From Laetmonice hystrix (taxonomy: Eukaryota), in NCBI GenBank assembly GCA_965235115.1, contig OZ249441.1:23126001-23190000 (forward strand): DNA of 64,000 nucleotides, read 5' to 3'. How positions within the stretch are numbered: the stretch's first letter is position 1; each line of letters begins with the position of its first letter. The translations under genes were made by a program, and so were the position numbers. This document shows, in pieces, positions 48,448 to 62,200 of the stretch. The notes beneath the pieces are model-generated. The model was not told where the DNA came from and ran no database searches. It saw only the letters and a program-made list of their open reading frames with translations.

Positions 48448-51400
48448 TACAATAACATTCTTGAAAGATCCCTCCTCATGTATCTTGTCTTCACCCCCAA
48501 CATCCTTTTGTTTCTACCCTGTGTTTTTAGCTTTTACTGTTGTATAAAAGAACATAGGCCTCGTCGACAACCCCCACTTCCGTCTCAGCGTACACTTAAT
48601 AGATTTGTGAAAATATTTACAGTTCACGCCCCACATCTTATAATCCTCTATGGTAAAGGAAGGGCGTAGGCTGTTTTATTGATGATGTTAGGTATTATCA
48701 GTATAGAGGGAGGAATTTCAATGATATTTGTGTTAGGTTGCCCCAGTGACCCATATCTACTCCAAGTTGTGGGAGTACACTGGTATGTGATGGAGTATAC
48801 CGTAGTGGCACATGTTGCCGCAGTGATTAAGAGGGCAAATATCTGGGATCCAAAGTAGGCACCTGACTGTCTATATATATTATGTGATGGACCGCAGAGC
48901 CCCCTCCCCCCCCCCCCTTCGCTTGAACGGCACCGTGTCAAGGCCACGGCTCGGGCAGCGCAAGGATACAGGCCGGGATGATAAAGGCCAGCTGCGGTGG
49001 TAGTAGTGGGCACCCTTGGGGGACGCCCGTTCTCTGGCGGGGCCTCTGACCACATCCGGTGACGGTCGACGCCAGGGGATTCCCCCCGCCGGCGTCTCAT
49101 GTCCATCAGTCTCTAACATGTGGGACGCTGCCATGATTATGTGGAGTTGTATTTTGGGAAGCTGCAGGATGAGGCTGTTGGGCAGCATGTTTGTCAGACA
49201 TGCACACCTGGGGATGGTCTGAGGCTGCGGTGGTGGGGGGCAATGGCAAGGTAGTAGGGGGCAGGTGTCAACTACGTCAGGTATCGCCACACTAAATCAT
49301 AGCGGAATCGTCTGAAAAGAAAGATGTACCAGTACCCTCAGGCAAATAAGGATTTAGGTATGAAGGTGAGGGAGGGTGGTGGAGGGTTAGTGACCGTGAT
49401 CTTGGCTTCCCGAGTGTCTCGCATTGATGACGATGCGGATTAGGATGTAAAGTGTGATCCAGGGATGCTCAAGTGACAGTTCCTGAGATTCTCGTTTACC
49501 AGGAACAGCACAAAATTGTCCCTAAGGCAGAATACAGAATAGGTTATGAATAGCATGGAAACTCTGGTCCTTCGTTTGTTTGAACAGGGATGCTTGGCCC
49601 CTCCTGGTTATATATACTCTTCAAACAATGCAGCATTGCCTCTAAAAAGAAAGAAAAAAAACGAACCCCCCTATTTGCTGTGGTATTCTTGGGTGATAAT
49701 GGCATCCACATTGGTAACGCCATCAAAGGTTAAGGGAAACAATTATCTCTTTGTTATGGAGAAGATTGGAGTGTAAGTATGGAGGTTGTCGGGGGGGGGG
49801 GGAGAGGTGAGGGTCCTGACGTTCGGCCGTGCCGGTGGCCCCGAGCGGGCTGACTCAACCACGACCTCCCGTCACCTCCAGTAACCACAAGCCCCTCCGG
49901 GCAGGCGGCCACACGGCCCGCTCCTCCAGCTTGGGCCGCCATCTGCCGCCTCCCCATCCCTCCAGCTCTGACCGACGGGTCACAGAGTCAAAATGTTGTG
50001 AAGTCAGAGTGCATCACCAAGGAAGACAGTTTATGGACAAGATGTTAAGTCATAACAAGGTTTTGAAGTACACAAAACAAGTTTTGGAGTATAACTATAG
50101 ATTCTACCCGTAAGAACCTGGCCAAGATAGGAATCGCCAGTGTAACATCTGAAGGGTTTTAATGTTTTGCTCTTGCTGCAAACAACAAACATTATTAATC
50201 CCAGTGAATATGTATAGATGGGCCAGCACGTGTATATATTTCCCCGGGCTTGAATAGACAACTACCGCCCACCTCGAGCCGTCAGTTGTCACGCGGCTTC
50301 CGTGGGGCTCTGTGACTGACACCTGTGACCTAAGTTCAACGATAAGGCTTACTCTAATGTAAACATTAATTTGACCTTGTCTCCTGCCAAACTCCGATCA
50401 CGCCCCCCCCTCCGCGACCACTGGGTATCCCCTCCTCCCCCCCCCCCCCCCCGCCCAAATTATTTGCCGTACCCCATTGGTATAGGGTTTAAAAGTTGCA
50501 GATCTGGTGGAGTTGGTGCACTAGGAAATGGGGGAAGCGGGAAGATACTCCTCACTGTACTAGCCTTGGCCTTGTTCTCAACACTCGAAGTAACCCCTGA
50601 ATATGTGTGGGAGTGGTAGGGATGGAGTTGGCACCGGCAATAGTTGAGTGTGTACCGGTACTCGGTAATATCCGGCCAACAGTCCATTCACCCTCAGGGA
50701 AACAGGGCCAAGGTTGTAACGTGACACCTTCCTCTCTACAAGATGGGTAAACAAGAAAAGGGTGATGAATTTGTTAAAACTATAAAAAATGAAATATAAC
50801 ATTGACTTTTGCTCTGCTAATTAGTACCCGGTGAAAATGAACAGATGAGAATGGGATTATTTATGATGATCCCTGATTGCCAACTTTGGGCTCGAGGTTT
50901 TCATTTACTAGTATTCACCTTGTGTTAAATATGACCGTCATTCATAAAACATCTTTGAGCTTTTTACCAACATTTCTTGACCTTTGTGGCTGTCGTTCCT
51001 GAGGTGTTGTGCCCCTGATTTCCCGATCGTCCCGGTTCTGTGTGTGGCGGTGGTGGTATTGGTGGTGGTGGTGGTGGTGGGGGGGGGGGGTTGAGAGAGG
51101 GGTGAAGATGTTCTGGGTCAGGCGATCAGAGAGGCGCGTGCTGTGGTCGCCCTACCACCGTGAATGGATGGGTAGGATTCTCCCGTGTACACGTGTCTGC
51201 GGGTGTGGCTACCATCTCTCGTATAGTAGTAACCCACTTTATCTAACCCACCCCACCCACACACCTACGGCGCTGAATGGGGCGCGGGGAGTAGAGAAAC
51301 ACGCGGAAAACTGATAGTCCGTGGCTTCACTGGGCTTTGGATCATAGACAGAAGACATGAGTTAAATTCCTGTACATCGTGCACTGATTGCAAGAGTTTG

Positions 51401-52881
51401 TACTCAAGTTTTTCCTTGTTATCAAGCCAGTATTGGGAATTTTTAACAAGCCAGAATTAGGAATTTATCTTTAATATGGACACACCCAACTATAAAAAAA
51501 CAGTACAAGTTCTTGAACGGGGAATTCCGGGCTTCTAGCTATTTGTAGGCCGGGACTTCCCTCAATATCTATCGGTATGTACTGGGTGTTGGCCCACCTG
51601 TGGGGTGTGTGTGTGTTGGGGAGGGGGGGGGGGGTTCCCCCTCCAGCATCTGAAGTGGGGGAAACTCTCCAACCTGTTATCTTCTGTATAGTGGCCTCCC
51701 TAAAATGCCCCATGTCGTGGGTGGATGCCGAAACGGGGTACACACGTGCATTTTGACGGCCCCAAACTTGGACATATTAGAGGATGGATGCCAAGACTTG
51801 CTGACAGGCGGAAACATATTCGTTGGAATGCAAGCAGAAAAACATCTACTTACTGAGAGGTAAGGTTTCTGACACACTGTGCTGTGTCATGGGTTTTCTA
51901 TTGAAGAATATGTCAGAGAAAGATTTTCAAGAAGATGAGCTGAGGATCTTGAAGACCCCCGCCCAAATCATCATCAACATATTCTTAGCTGACGTAGCGT
52001 CAGGTGTTGTTGTCACCAGCCTGTCAACCATTCCCACCATGTCCCGGTTTTATTGCGTTCCGTCACGTGTTATCAGGGAACGCTACATGCCGCCACTCGG
52101 GTTACCTATTCACAAGTGGGCCGTTTCTCAGGTTTATACCATCGTGAGATCCGCCCAACATTGTCGATCTTCTAGTAGATCTACTATGACGTTAAAGGTT
52201 CTCACTCCAAAAAGCCATCACGGATGAAACGCCGTGCTATGCTGCGGTTCTGTGAATGCCAGCCGTCGGCAGTCTTTGTTTCAGGGAATATTTCACAATA
52301 ATAAGTGGCTTCCATTACAGAATTAGGAGACTCAATCATGTTGTGTTCCGAGTGTTGTCTTTTGTCCTGTATCATGGAAATTAAACCGACACACTAGGAG
52401 ATAGTCACTGGATTGTTTCGGTTACTTCATTCTCGTTGAAAGCATTTTTTCCTTTTGCTAAATTACATGAAACAGTTTACAATATTGAGGGAAAATAATG
52501 CGTAAATCACGTTGCTCTTATTGGAAAACAAGATGGCCTATTATTCGATGACTGTATGCAAACATAGTTTGGCGTCGTAATCCTAGATTCAGTTTAATTG
52601 CCCTGGTATTTGCGAGGCAATATAACAGCTTGTCATTACAGATGACGTCACAGGTTGTGGTTGTCGTCTGCCTTTTTGATGACATCACGCCCTGGCGGCA
52701 CGTATAACAGGATAAACTATATTTATTCCAATATCGAATGGAAAATTAAGTGTAAGTATAGGATAAGGCTGCCAGGGAGTACCACCATCAAATCTCTTAA
52801 TTGCACAGGTCATGTATGGCCTAAAGTAAATTTAGATCTTACTTCAGTTATCTTGCGAGTGAAAACCCTAAAACATTGGCT

Positions 52882-52967
52882 AGTCATCAGAATGAATATC
52901 AATGGGAATTTATGAGTCGAAGTCAGTCATCAGAATGAATATCAATGGGAGTTTATGAGTCGAAGTC
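52882..52967. repeat. 43-bp tandem duplication
   Basis: AGTCATCAGAATGAATATCAATGGGARTTTATGAGTCGAAGTC x2 with one mismatch. Confidence 0.9.
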
Positions 52968-55900
52968 AGTTTTTTTCTTCCTTAGAGTGCTATAACTTCG
53001 TGTGCATCATTAATTACCATAAAGCCCAGATGCCAGAGGCCACGTCATGCCTGTGCCTGTGGGGGTTTCCCTCGCGACGCAAGGGGTTACCTGCGGCGAC
53101 CTGGCCCAGCCAACATGTACCTGTACATCTTTAGTCTTCCGGTTTATTTAATTAATTTGGACGTATGGTGGCTAGAAACAGCACCAATGGTCCCAGCCTC
53201 GGGTGTCGGTCTCGTGTAGGTGACAAAACGTAAATTAACCGGTGAATAATCTGCCTTTGTAGTCCCATCTTTCTACACAATGATGTAACATGTGTGGCAG
53301 TGACATATCGCCAGGGGGGACACATGGGGACATGTGGCGACCGAAGGTTTCATGAGGAGGCATCACTGGTGTTATAATTGCACTGGATAAATTCTTTTTA
53401 AATCATCGAGAGCAGATTTATTGCAGGACATGTTGCATTTTAGACCACCCGTGTGAAAATTATCGACACATATGCCTTGAGCAAAATACCATGAAGTCAT
53501 GTCAGTCGTATAAATGATGAGAAAGTTTTTTTTCACCTCCATATCTTGTCTGGAAATAAACATGATCACAAAGTGTCCTTTGTAAATAACCAACACGAGG
53601 GAAATGTTGCCGAAGTGTTTTGAGAAGTTCAAGTTGAGAGGCAGTTGTGCCCTGAAGAACACACTCAGCGATAACCTCTGACCTAGAAGTAATTTGTGCG
53701 ACTTCAACACCGGAAACCTGTAGCCAACCTGATGAAGGGGTACACTCCCCGGTCATAAGTCACCAGGCACTCAAAGCCATGATAAACCCCCCATGTACCC
53801 GGTCACGGTTCATGGGAAATCATGGGGTGCATGGGCGCGGAGGGAGGGAGGAGGAGGCCGGGCGCTGATCACTACTTCCGCCGTCACAGTGACAGAATAA
53901 CGAATGGTCGTTATTCTGTCGCTAATAACGAACAGCGGTGGTTTCGTCCGAAAAATACGAAGTATACGCGATATTCAGTCGTTATAAAAGAAATGTCATC
54001 GTTCACTCGTTAATAACTAATGATGCATAGATAGGGCCTATCGGGGCCTTTGGTACAAATTGATGTCATTCATATCAGTTTTAGAGTGCAAGAATATTAC
54101 ATTGCTATACCCCCCCCCCCCCATACACACACTTATATGTAAGAAAGCATATGCCTACAATTTAGTAAACTCAATTGATGACCTCCGTGATCTAGACGGA
54201 AACGTGCCATGTGTGGTATGGACACTGGTGTACACTACTAGACTTTATTGATGTTGGGCCCGGGCGTGCAGTGGGGGTGTAAGGAGGTTATCTTATTTGA
54301 AATATGATTGACGATACTGAGGTCTACTCTCAACATCCACAATACCGCAGTTCAAGTAATATTCTTAGACTGAGTATTTAGAAATGTTTACTTCGTTGTC
54401 ATTGGTTTTTAGAGTCTCAAATATGATGTACCATTTCCACAGTAACGTTGTTTATAGGACAACGTAACTGAAGTTAAACCCGACGACCTCCATTTTTCAA
54501 AATCCATATCTCACTTTAACTAGGACAAGAAGGTAGATCCTTGTTGTGGCTGGAGACGAAACGTACCCTACCATTATATACGTCACTGCGCAATATTATA
54601 CACAGGTCATTACATATTATGTATACACAGTGTCGTGGGAGTGTATGAGTGGGGGGTAGCAGTGGGGGTTAGAGGTGGCTTGGCCAATCCGGTTCATCCC
54701 GTCCAACCCGCTGGTTCACTACTACACGTAACGGCCTCCAGACAGACCGGTTATATAGCGCTCAGTCTTGAGCTGCCTTGAGCCGAACGGCCAGCAGATC
54801 AACTGGCAGATGACGTCATCGTGCATATTCAAATAATAATATTGTGTTTTTGGTAGACGGAAAAATCTAACAGCCTTTCACTGAGCGGTTGGGAACTTAC
54901 CTGCGTCTAATATACGGATGTGGCGACAGTTGGTCAACACTAGGGTACCTGCTGCTTGAAGCTAAACCACGCCATCCTCGTACATATAGAAACCTGGTCC
55001 GCCTGCCCGCAGAATTCGGGGGCTCCAGGAGTATGAACAGCCGGTTCAGATAGGCGACAGTTTCAAACGCGGGCCAACATGTACAAACCTCATCCAGTGA
55101 GGGGGGCTACAGGGAACTACTTTCTCTCTGGGCCCAATAATTTTGCTCACTCGGCCCAGTCCTTTTTTTTAACTCCAAACTGCAGACTGCCCTTAACAAC
55201 CTCTACGACGTCTCCTATAGGAGCCGGTCGGCGGGCTCATTTTTTCTGGCTCTGTGGTTTCTGGCGCTCTGGTCCTACTAGTGTAGCGCTGGTGAGTAAG
55301 GACGTGTTTCGGAACGTGAAACTTTTTTTGCAAGTGTCTGTCATTCGAATGCAATTGCAGCAAGTCATTCTCGCACTTGTAGCAAGTGTTGCCTCATGAG
55401 GGTAAAAGTTCACGGCCTTTATGCTTGTCTGAGGCGTTTTACTCGAAGGTAGACTAATGCTGGTCTTGTTCTTTTTGCATAGGATATGGTTTGATGGGGG
55501 GGGGGGGGGGGGCAGGGGGGGGGCAGGGGGGCGGGCCCGTGCAGCGTCACCAACGGAGCATTATGTCCTGATCATCTCTCGGACCCATGCGGTTAGTTCA
55601 CGTTCGACAAATCCTTGGAATTCTCCATGGCCGTTTGTATGTATAGAGGGCACTTCCTTTGACGTTATCCCTGAAGCATTTGCGTTGTTGGGAAGGACGG
55701 AAGGGTTTTAATGCCGGTATGGCATACAATGGGATTCATCCGACCAGTAACATAGCTCCAGCCCAGGTAACAAAGAAAAGTCACAAAACGTGGTATTCAC
55801 ACCAAGTATTTCCCAGAAATATTTATTAAAACGTACGTTAATCTCCCGGTTCAAATATTTTATGCAACTATAAAGTTTCCAACTTTTCTACGAATGGATA

Positions 55901-58567
55901 ATTGGAGGACATAGTTATTAGGACGTTTCAGGTCCGATTTTTGATCACAGGTCTACGTGCTCGGTCTACATGATGACCTGCCTATTTAACGACTACAGAA
56001 GGTTGCATGCAGGTATACGGTAACTAAATAATATTGTCTGAGAGAACCCATCATAGTTATTCTGATAGAGATGGCTTGTCTTACAAGTCATTTCTGCAAC
56101 ATGCGTTCACATGCCCATATTCACATAACAAAGCAGGCGTGTTTTTTGATGTACTAGAGACTGGCGAGTGTCCAAGGAAGGAGTGAGCCACTCTCGGCTG
56201 GTGAATCATGACCTTTTGGTGTTCAGGTCCGGGTAGTTTCCTCCCGCTCTATGGCCCCTATATAGTCCTTTCTGACCCCAGAGATTTTTGTGGCTGAAGA
56301 TTGAAACTGAATCCGCTGCGGCCCACACGTATAATCTTTATTAGGGTATTACTTTTGTAGCTTATAGGGGGAAACATTCTGGACAAGGCATGGCAGTCAT
56401 ATGGCCTATTTGGCTTTTACACAACAATTTGTGACGTATAGTTAGCAGTTATTCGAGAACAAATTTATAATTATAGTTCATATCGTATTTGCCGTACAGT
56501 TTGTTATGTATGTTTGAAGTTTGGAACTTTAACCGTGGACGAATTAATTCAAGAAATACCTACGATTCGTGCAAGGGTTATCTTGGTTTCAGCAAGGAGT
56601 TAAATCCTATACTTGCTGGGTGTTAGAGTCATGGACATTGCAGGAATGTAGCATTGCATGTCTCAGTGACAATACACTAGACCCTTATTTAATTTCTAGT
56701 AAACATAGCGGAGGCGTGGGTGGGCTGTGTGATTGCAGGCTGGGTCAGTTTGCCAAGTGATGATAACAGACTAAGGTCAGTTTGCTCAGTGAAGCTCACG
56801 GCCAATAACCCACAAACAGATGGATGAGCGAGTGTCCGCGAAAACGGCGCCGTATGGCCCGCTCCGCTCTGTCAACACGGACCATATTGGAAGTCAACCC
56901 CCGCGGGGGCCGGGGGGTTACCCCCTGTACCCCGTTTTGTTCCCGGACCTGCGCCCCTTAATCCCCCCGACACCCCCTCTGCGTTTCCTCCACTCACGCG
57001 TGATCATCTGATTTGCATGATTTTTCAAAACATATGGCTGCATGAAGATTGAGGGAGTGCGGGGAGAAATCGGTAACAATGGAGCGGACGGGCGGGGGAC
57101 CATTCATCTGCTATTAGCTTCCCCTATCTGAGCTTAATTGGGTGGCAAACAGACAGGGGTCCGTGGGGCGGTCATCGTGACGACGACCCCCCCCCCCCCC
57201 AAACCATCAGTCACTCTCTCCCTGGCCCGTCAGGCGGACAATCGCTGGAACCGTCACACTCGCTTGTTCGACTGAGTGGAGTTTTTGTCCAAGCAGTTTC
57301 GTGAAATGAAAATGTTATGAAAGGAATGTGTAAAAATATTTACTTGTCAGAATAGGTCAGGTTAAAGGAGTCGGAGATAAAGCACTTAGATTTCAATTGT
57401 GATTATGCGTTGTTTTTTTAAATGCGTGATAAAGAACATTGTCATTGTGCCATCATGGAGTACCGGGAGCCACCCTGCCTGATGGCAGAGGCTCTCATCA
57501 AGAACTTCTAGTTGATCAATATGATAATAATTGCAAAGGTGGGGGAAATATTATGGTCATAATATCGTGGACAGTCAGTCGACTATTGAACTTGCTTGTA
57601 TGTTTGCCTCTGTTTAGATTCGTACGATATTTTGCAAAAGCTCGAAGTTTCCTGGCAGGATTCGGATTTCAATGACACAAAACAGTTGGAAAACTTTTAC
57701 GCCAACATCTACATAAATCAAAAAGACCTAAGAAAGCACTATGATCATCAGGATATCCTGATGCAAAGTTTTAAAACGATAAAATCTGAATTCGCTTTCG
57801 GATTTGCGCTTTTACTAAACTTGTTCTAAAATGTTCTAACAATATGGAAAACATGACTGATGGTGAAAACCGTGATGCACATCCACGGAAAAGCTTGTCA
57901 TTAAAGCAAACAGGAGGTAAAAGAAGGTCCCGAATCCCAAGTGTCAAGTGTTTTCCCCAGGACTTAGCACATGATTTCTTCAGTGGTATTGCTTGAACAA
58001 ATGTCTTGCGAAAAAATCTGCACAGCTAGAAGATGTGCTGTTTTTTTTCTTATTGGTAGTGTTGTGACCGATCCCTTGGTGGAGATAGCTGACACTCGGG
58101 CGCCGTCAGCCTCAGCTCGCTGTACATAAGCTGATTGTTAGCAAACCCAGAACGGATCCGCTGAGACCTACAGCGACAGCCACGCTTGTGAAACTTAGCA
58201 AAAAGGCGTCTTTTTCACGAGTACGGGTAATGTATTCACTGTGAAATTCTCCCAACTGCAATGAGAAAAAGGTCTGGAGGTGGCGCAGGTTTTGTGGTAT
58301 GTGCACCGGAGAATTCCCCAGAGGATTAAGCTGAAAATCCCGAGTAAAAGGTTAGCCAAGTCAAAATGAATTATCAATGGGAGGAAACCCGTGTAATATT
58401 TTTAAGGCCGCGGGTATTTGTATGTGATAAGGACTCTCTACGTGATATTTTAGCAACCCCATCGTGACATGTCAGCAACGTCAGTATGGCATGTCAGTAA
58501 CCGCAGTATGATACGTCAGTGACGTCAGCATGACGTATCAGTAATCCCAGCACGAAACCTGTCGTCA

Positions 58568-59254
58568 CCCCACCATGACATGTCAGTCACCCCACCATGA
58601 CATGTCAGTTACCCCACCATGACATGTCAGTTACCCCACCATGACATGTCAGTCACCCCACCTTGACATGTCAGTTACCCCACCATGACATGGCAGTTAC
58701 CCCACCATGACATGTCAGTTACCCCACCATGACATGTCAGTTACCCCACCATGACATGTCAGTCACCCCACCATGACATGTCAGTTACCCCACCATGACA
58801 TGTCAGTTACCCCACCATGACATGTCAGTCACCCCACCATGACATGGCAGTTACCCCACCATGACATGTCAGTCACCCCACCATGACATGGCAGTTACCC
58901 CACCATGACATGTCAGTCACCCCACCATGACATGGCAGTTACCCCACCATGACATGGCAGTTACCCCACCATGACATGGCAGTTACCCCACCATGACATG
59001 TCAGTCACCCCACCATGACATGTCAGTTACCCCACCATGACATGTCAGTCACCCCACCATGACATGGCAGTTACCCCACCATGACATGGCAGTTACCCCA
59101 CCATGACATGGCAGTTACCCCACCATGACATGTCAGTCACCCCACCATGACATGTCAGTTACCCCACCATGACATGTCAGTCACCCCACCTTGACATGTC
59201 AGTTACCCCACCATGACATGTCAGTTACCCCACCATGACATCTCAGTCACCCCA
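58568..59254. repeat. 22-bp minisatellite, about 31 copies, within degenerate related flanks (about 58465-59720)
   Basis: Unit CCCCACCATGACATG(T/G)CAGT(T/C)A; the flanks carry diverged CAGCATGACATGTCAGT units. Confidence 0.97.
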
Positions 59255-62200
59255 ACATCACATTTCAGTAACCGCAGCATGATATGTCAGTATCCTCAGC
59301 ATGACATGTCAGTAAGTAAACCTAGCATGACATGTCAGCAACCTAAACATGACATGTCAGTAAACCCAGTAGAACATGTCAGTCACCCCAGCAAGACATG
59401 CATGTAACCCCAGCATTGCATATAGTAACTGCAGCATGACATGTCGGCAATCTAAGCATGACATGTCAGTAAACCGGGCATGACATATCAGTCACCCCAG
59501 CATGACATGTCAGTCACCCCAGCAGGACATGTCAGTCACCCCAGCATGACATGTCAGTCACCCCAGCAGGACATGCAGTTAACCCCAGCATTGCATACAG
59601 TAACTGCAGCATGACATGTCCAGTGTTAACCATACCCTGACACGGTACCTCCGGCAGAACATGAAATGCCGGAAACAGGGGTAAGACATGTTGCTAACCT
59701 CAGCATGACATGCAATATCAGGGAACAGGTAGGGGGACATCCTAACGACCTACAGGGGCGATCGAGATCAGCGTATCGCCATGGCAACTGAATACAATGG
59801 TAATGCAGAGTGCATTGTGGATGAAGCCCCTTTTTTTTGCTGCTGGCTTAGTGTTGTTTTGTGTCGGTGCCGTAATCTCTGAGTGACAAGGGTCGCCCGC
59901 AGACAGCCCGTAAGACGGATGTGGCAAATGGCCGCCTCAATGGGGACCTGGTGATGATGATGAGTACGCCAACGCCGACTCCAGCAGTGTGGGCGCTGCT
60001 CCAGTCAGACAGGCCCTGGAGGAGCAAGCACGGCCTGGAGCAGGGCTGTATCCACGGCACCGCTCCGGCTGATGGACGGCAATAGAATACTTCAGGTTTC
60101 AGGAAAGGCCAAGAAAAAAGGGACTCGACATGGACTGACACTTTTGAAATTAATGGAAACGTAGAAGTAATATTTATTGATGAGAGAGTGACATTCGGCT
60201 TAGTTCTGTGTAGGGTCCTTGAAATACTGATCAATCCGACTTTACCATGCCCACATTCCACCAGTTATTGAACCAATATAAGCTTCTCCACATCTTTGCT
60301 GTTTTTCGAAACGTTTCAATATTGCAATTGCTGTTTTGAGTAAGGACCTTTCCAAGATTTTGGCTGTGCAACACAACGCAATGCACCATGGGGGAGGACA
60401 GGCAGAACGACATACTAATCACATTGCCACTAACCTAAGCGAATTACTGTTAGAGTTCTGTCACATGTAGGCCTATCTAGAACTCGATTGTTTTCACACG
60501 AGGGGATAGAATGCGGGTTTTTTTCAGAGCAGAAATGAATCGAAGCGGAGAGCAATTGATGACCTGTTGGGAACGGCTTATGTGCCCTCGAGAAAAACAT
60601 CCAGACAAGCGTTTGGGTCAGTTCTCACGTCATCACCTCCAAAGTTAGTTTAACTCAGGCCTATATATTAGTTAAGAAGCCGTAACTTTGCCTAGGCCTA
60701 AAAGTTCCTACATTTTGTGCTCAAATACTTATGTCGTTATATTCCTAAGGGTTATATAAAGGGTTTTACTGGAATATTAGGTATGGTTTTATTTCTCGAA
60801 CACCAGGGATCCATCACAGACACGTATTGACGGGTAGTTAGGCCGAAGATCCCGTGGCCGGGTGTGAAATCGCGTCACACGCCCAAGAAGCGCTCGCTGT
60901 CCGCAGAAAAATGGACAGGATTCCGTTGGGAATGTTTCATAATAAGCGATCATCAAATGTGAGTTTTTCTGGATCAGGTCCGGGGATAAGAGAGCGGGGT
61001 GAGGGTTGGTCGTGTCTGGTCCAGCGAACAGAGATGTCCGTTTTGATGGATGGCAGCCGGGGGCGGTCCGCCGAGACGTCTCATCCCTGGGTGTTATGAT
61101 CAATATAGATACGGTACGGCGGACATTACACAAGGGGACGCCCAAACAGGACATCTATCAACTCAAGATGACGCCCCGGCGGACGTCGCGAATTCCGCCA
61201 GTAATTGCTGGAATTATAATCGCCGTGGCGATACCGGGAGGCGTTGACAGTCGCGATCCGCGGGGCCCCCGGCATGCCACGGGGCAGTTGTCCACTTGGG
61301 TTGGCCCGTCGCTAAGTTTGAGCAGACCAATCAAATGATGAGAGCCGCTGATGTAATGTGGTGACGATCTGGGGGAGGGGGGAGGTAGAGCCGCCATGGC
61401 CGGGGGAAGATGTCAGCTGGGAGGCTCAGCTGTGGTCATAACTGAGTATTAATGTGTCGTTGTGTCAGACAGCGTCGCCCCTGACAACCGCGCACGGTTC
61501 GCGCCTTGGCAACCCGCGCCGGCCCGGCTCATCAGGCCGGTTGTGATAGGGTTGTGGCAGGCGCATTGCCGACATGGCCATAAATCTGCTAGCCTGAAAT
61601 CCCTCCGGTTCAATATTCATGGATATGAAGCTGTGCAGAATGAAAAAATGCTGCAAGTGAAACCACAGAATATTCAAGTAAGACCCTTGCCAGTGGTGCC
61701 TTGATTGCTCTGCATGGCTTTCTTATCAAGAGCTGCTTGCTACAAACTCCACATTTGACCCACTAAGACAACGGTGAACTCCTACATGATGGGAATGAAT
61801 GACAGAGGCGATTAAAAGGGAGCTTTAAGGAAATAAAGGAAATAATTGGTATGCATTCAAAATGACAAAATCGGTTCAGAATATTAATATCCCAGCGTAG
61901 ACCTATGACCTATAATGTTAGGCTAAGTTGTTCAGACTCCATAGGCCGATGACCAAGGTGGCAGGTCTAGGCCTACAGCAAAACATATGCGTTTGCTAAT
62001 AATATTGTTTCCAAAGAATCAGTATTGCAAATATTGGAGGAAAAAATCCATGGTTGTAATTGACTGATTGCCTCCTGGCGGGAGGAGCGGGTCGCATGCA
62101 GCATGTAGAGTTGGCCTGGGTGCCATGTGTCGGGCGCCCCGGCGTTGACAGTATGGCACCATTGAAGGCGAACTCGTCGACTCCACCCCCCAACAAAACC

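Noticed and set aside
56220-56255. Second SINE-core fragment (TCCGGGTAGTTTCCTCCC)
   Set aside because: The match is too short to call.
57596-57829. Protein-like ORF after a good acceptor (DSYDILQKLEV...)
   Set aside because: Not Spt3-like in any frame, and no upstream partner exon.
60095-60260. FRKG...VIFID as an RT fragment
   Set aside because: Motif spacing is shorter than in LINE RTs and the flanking motifs are absent.
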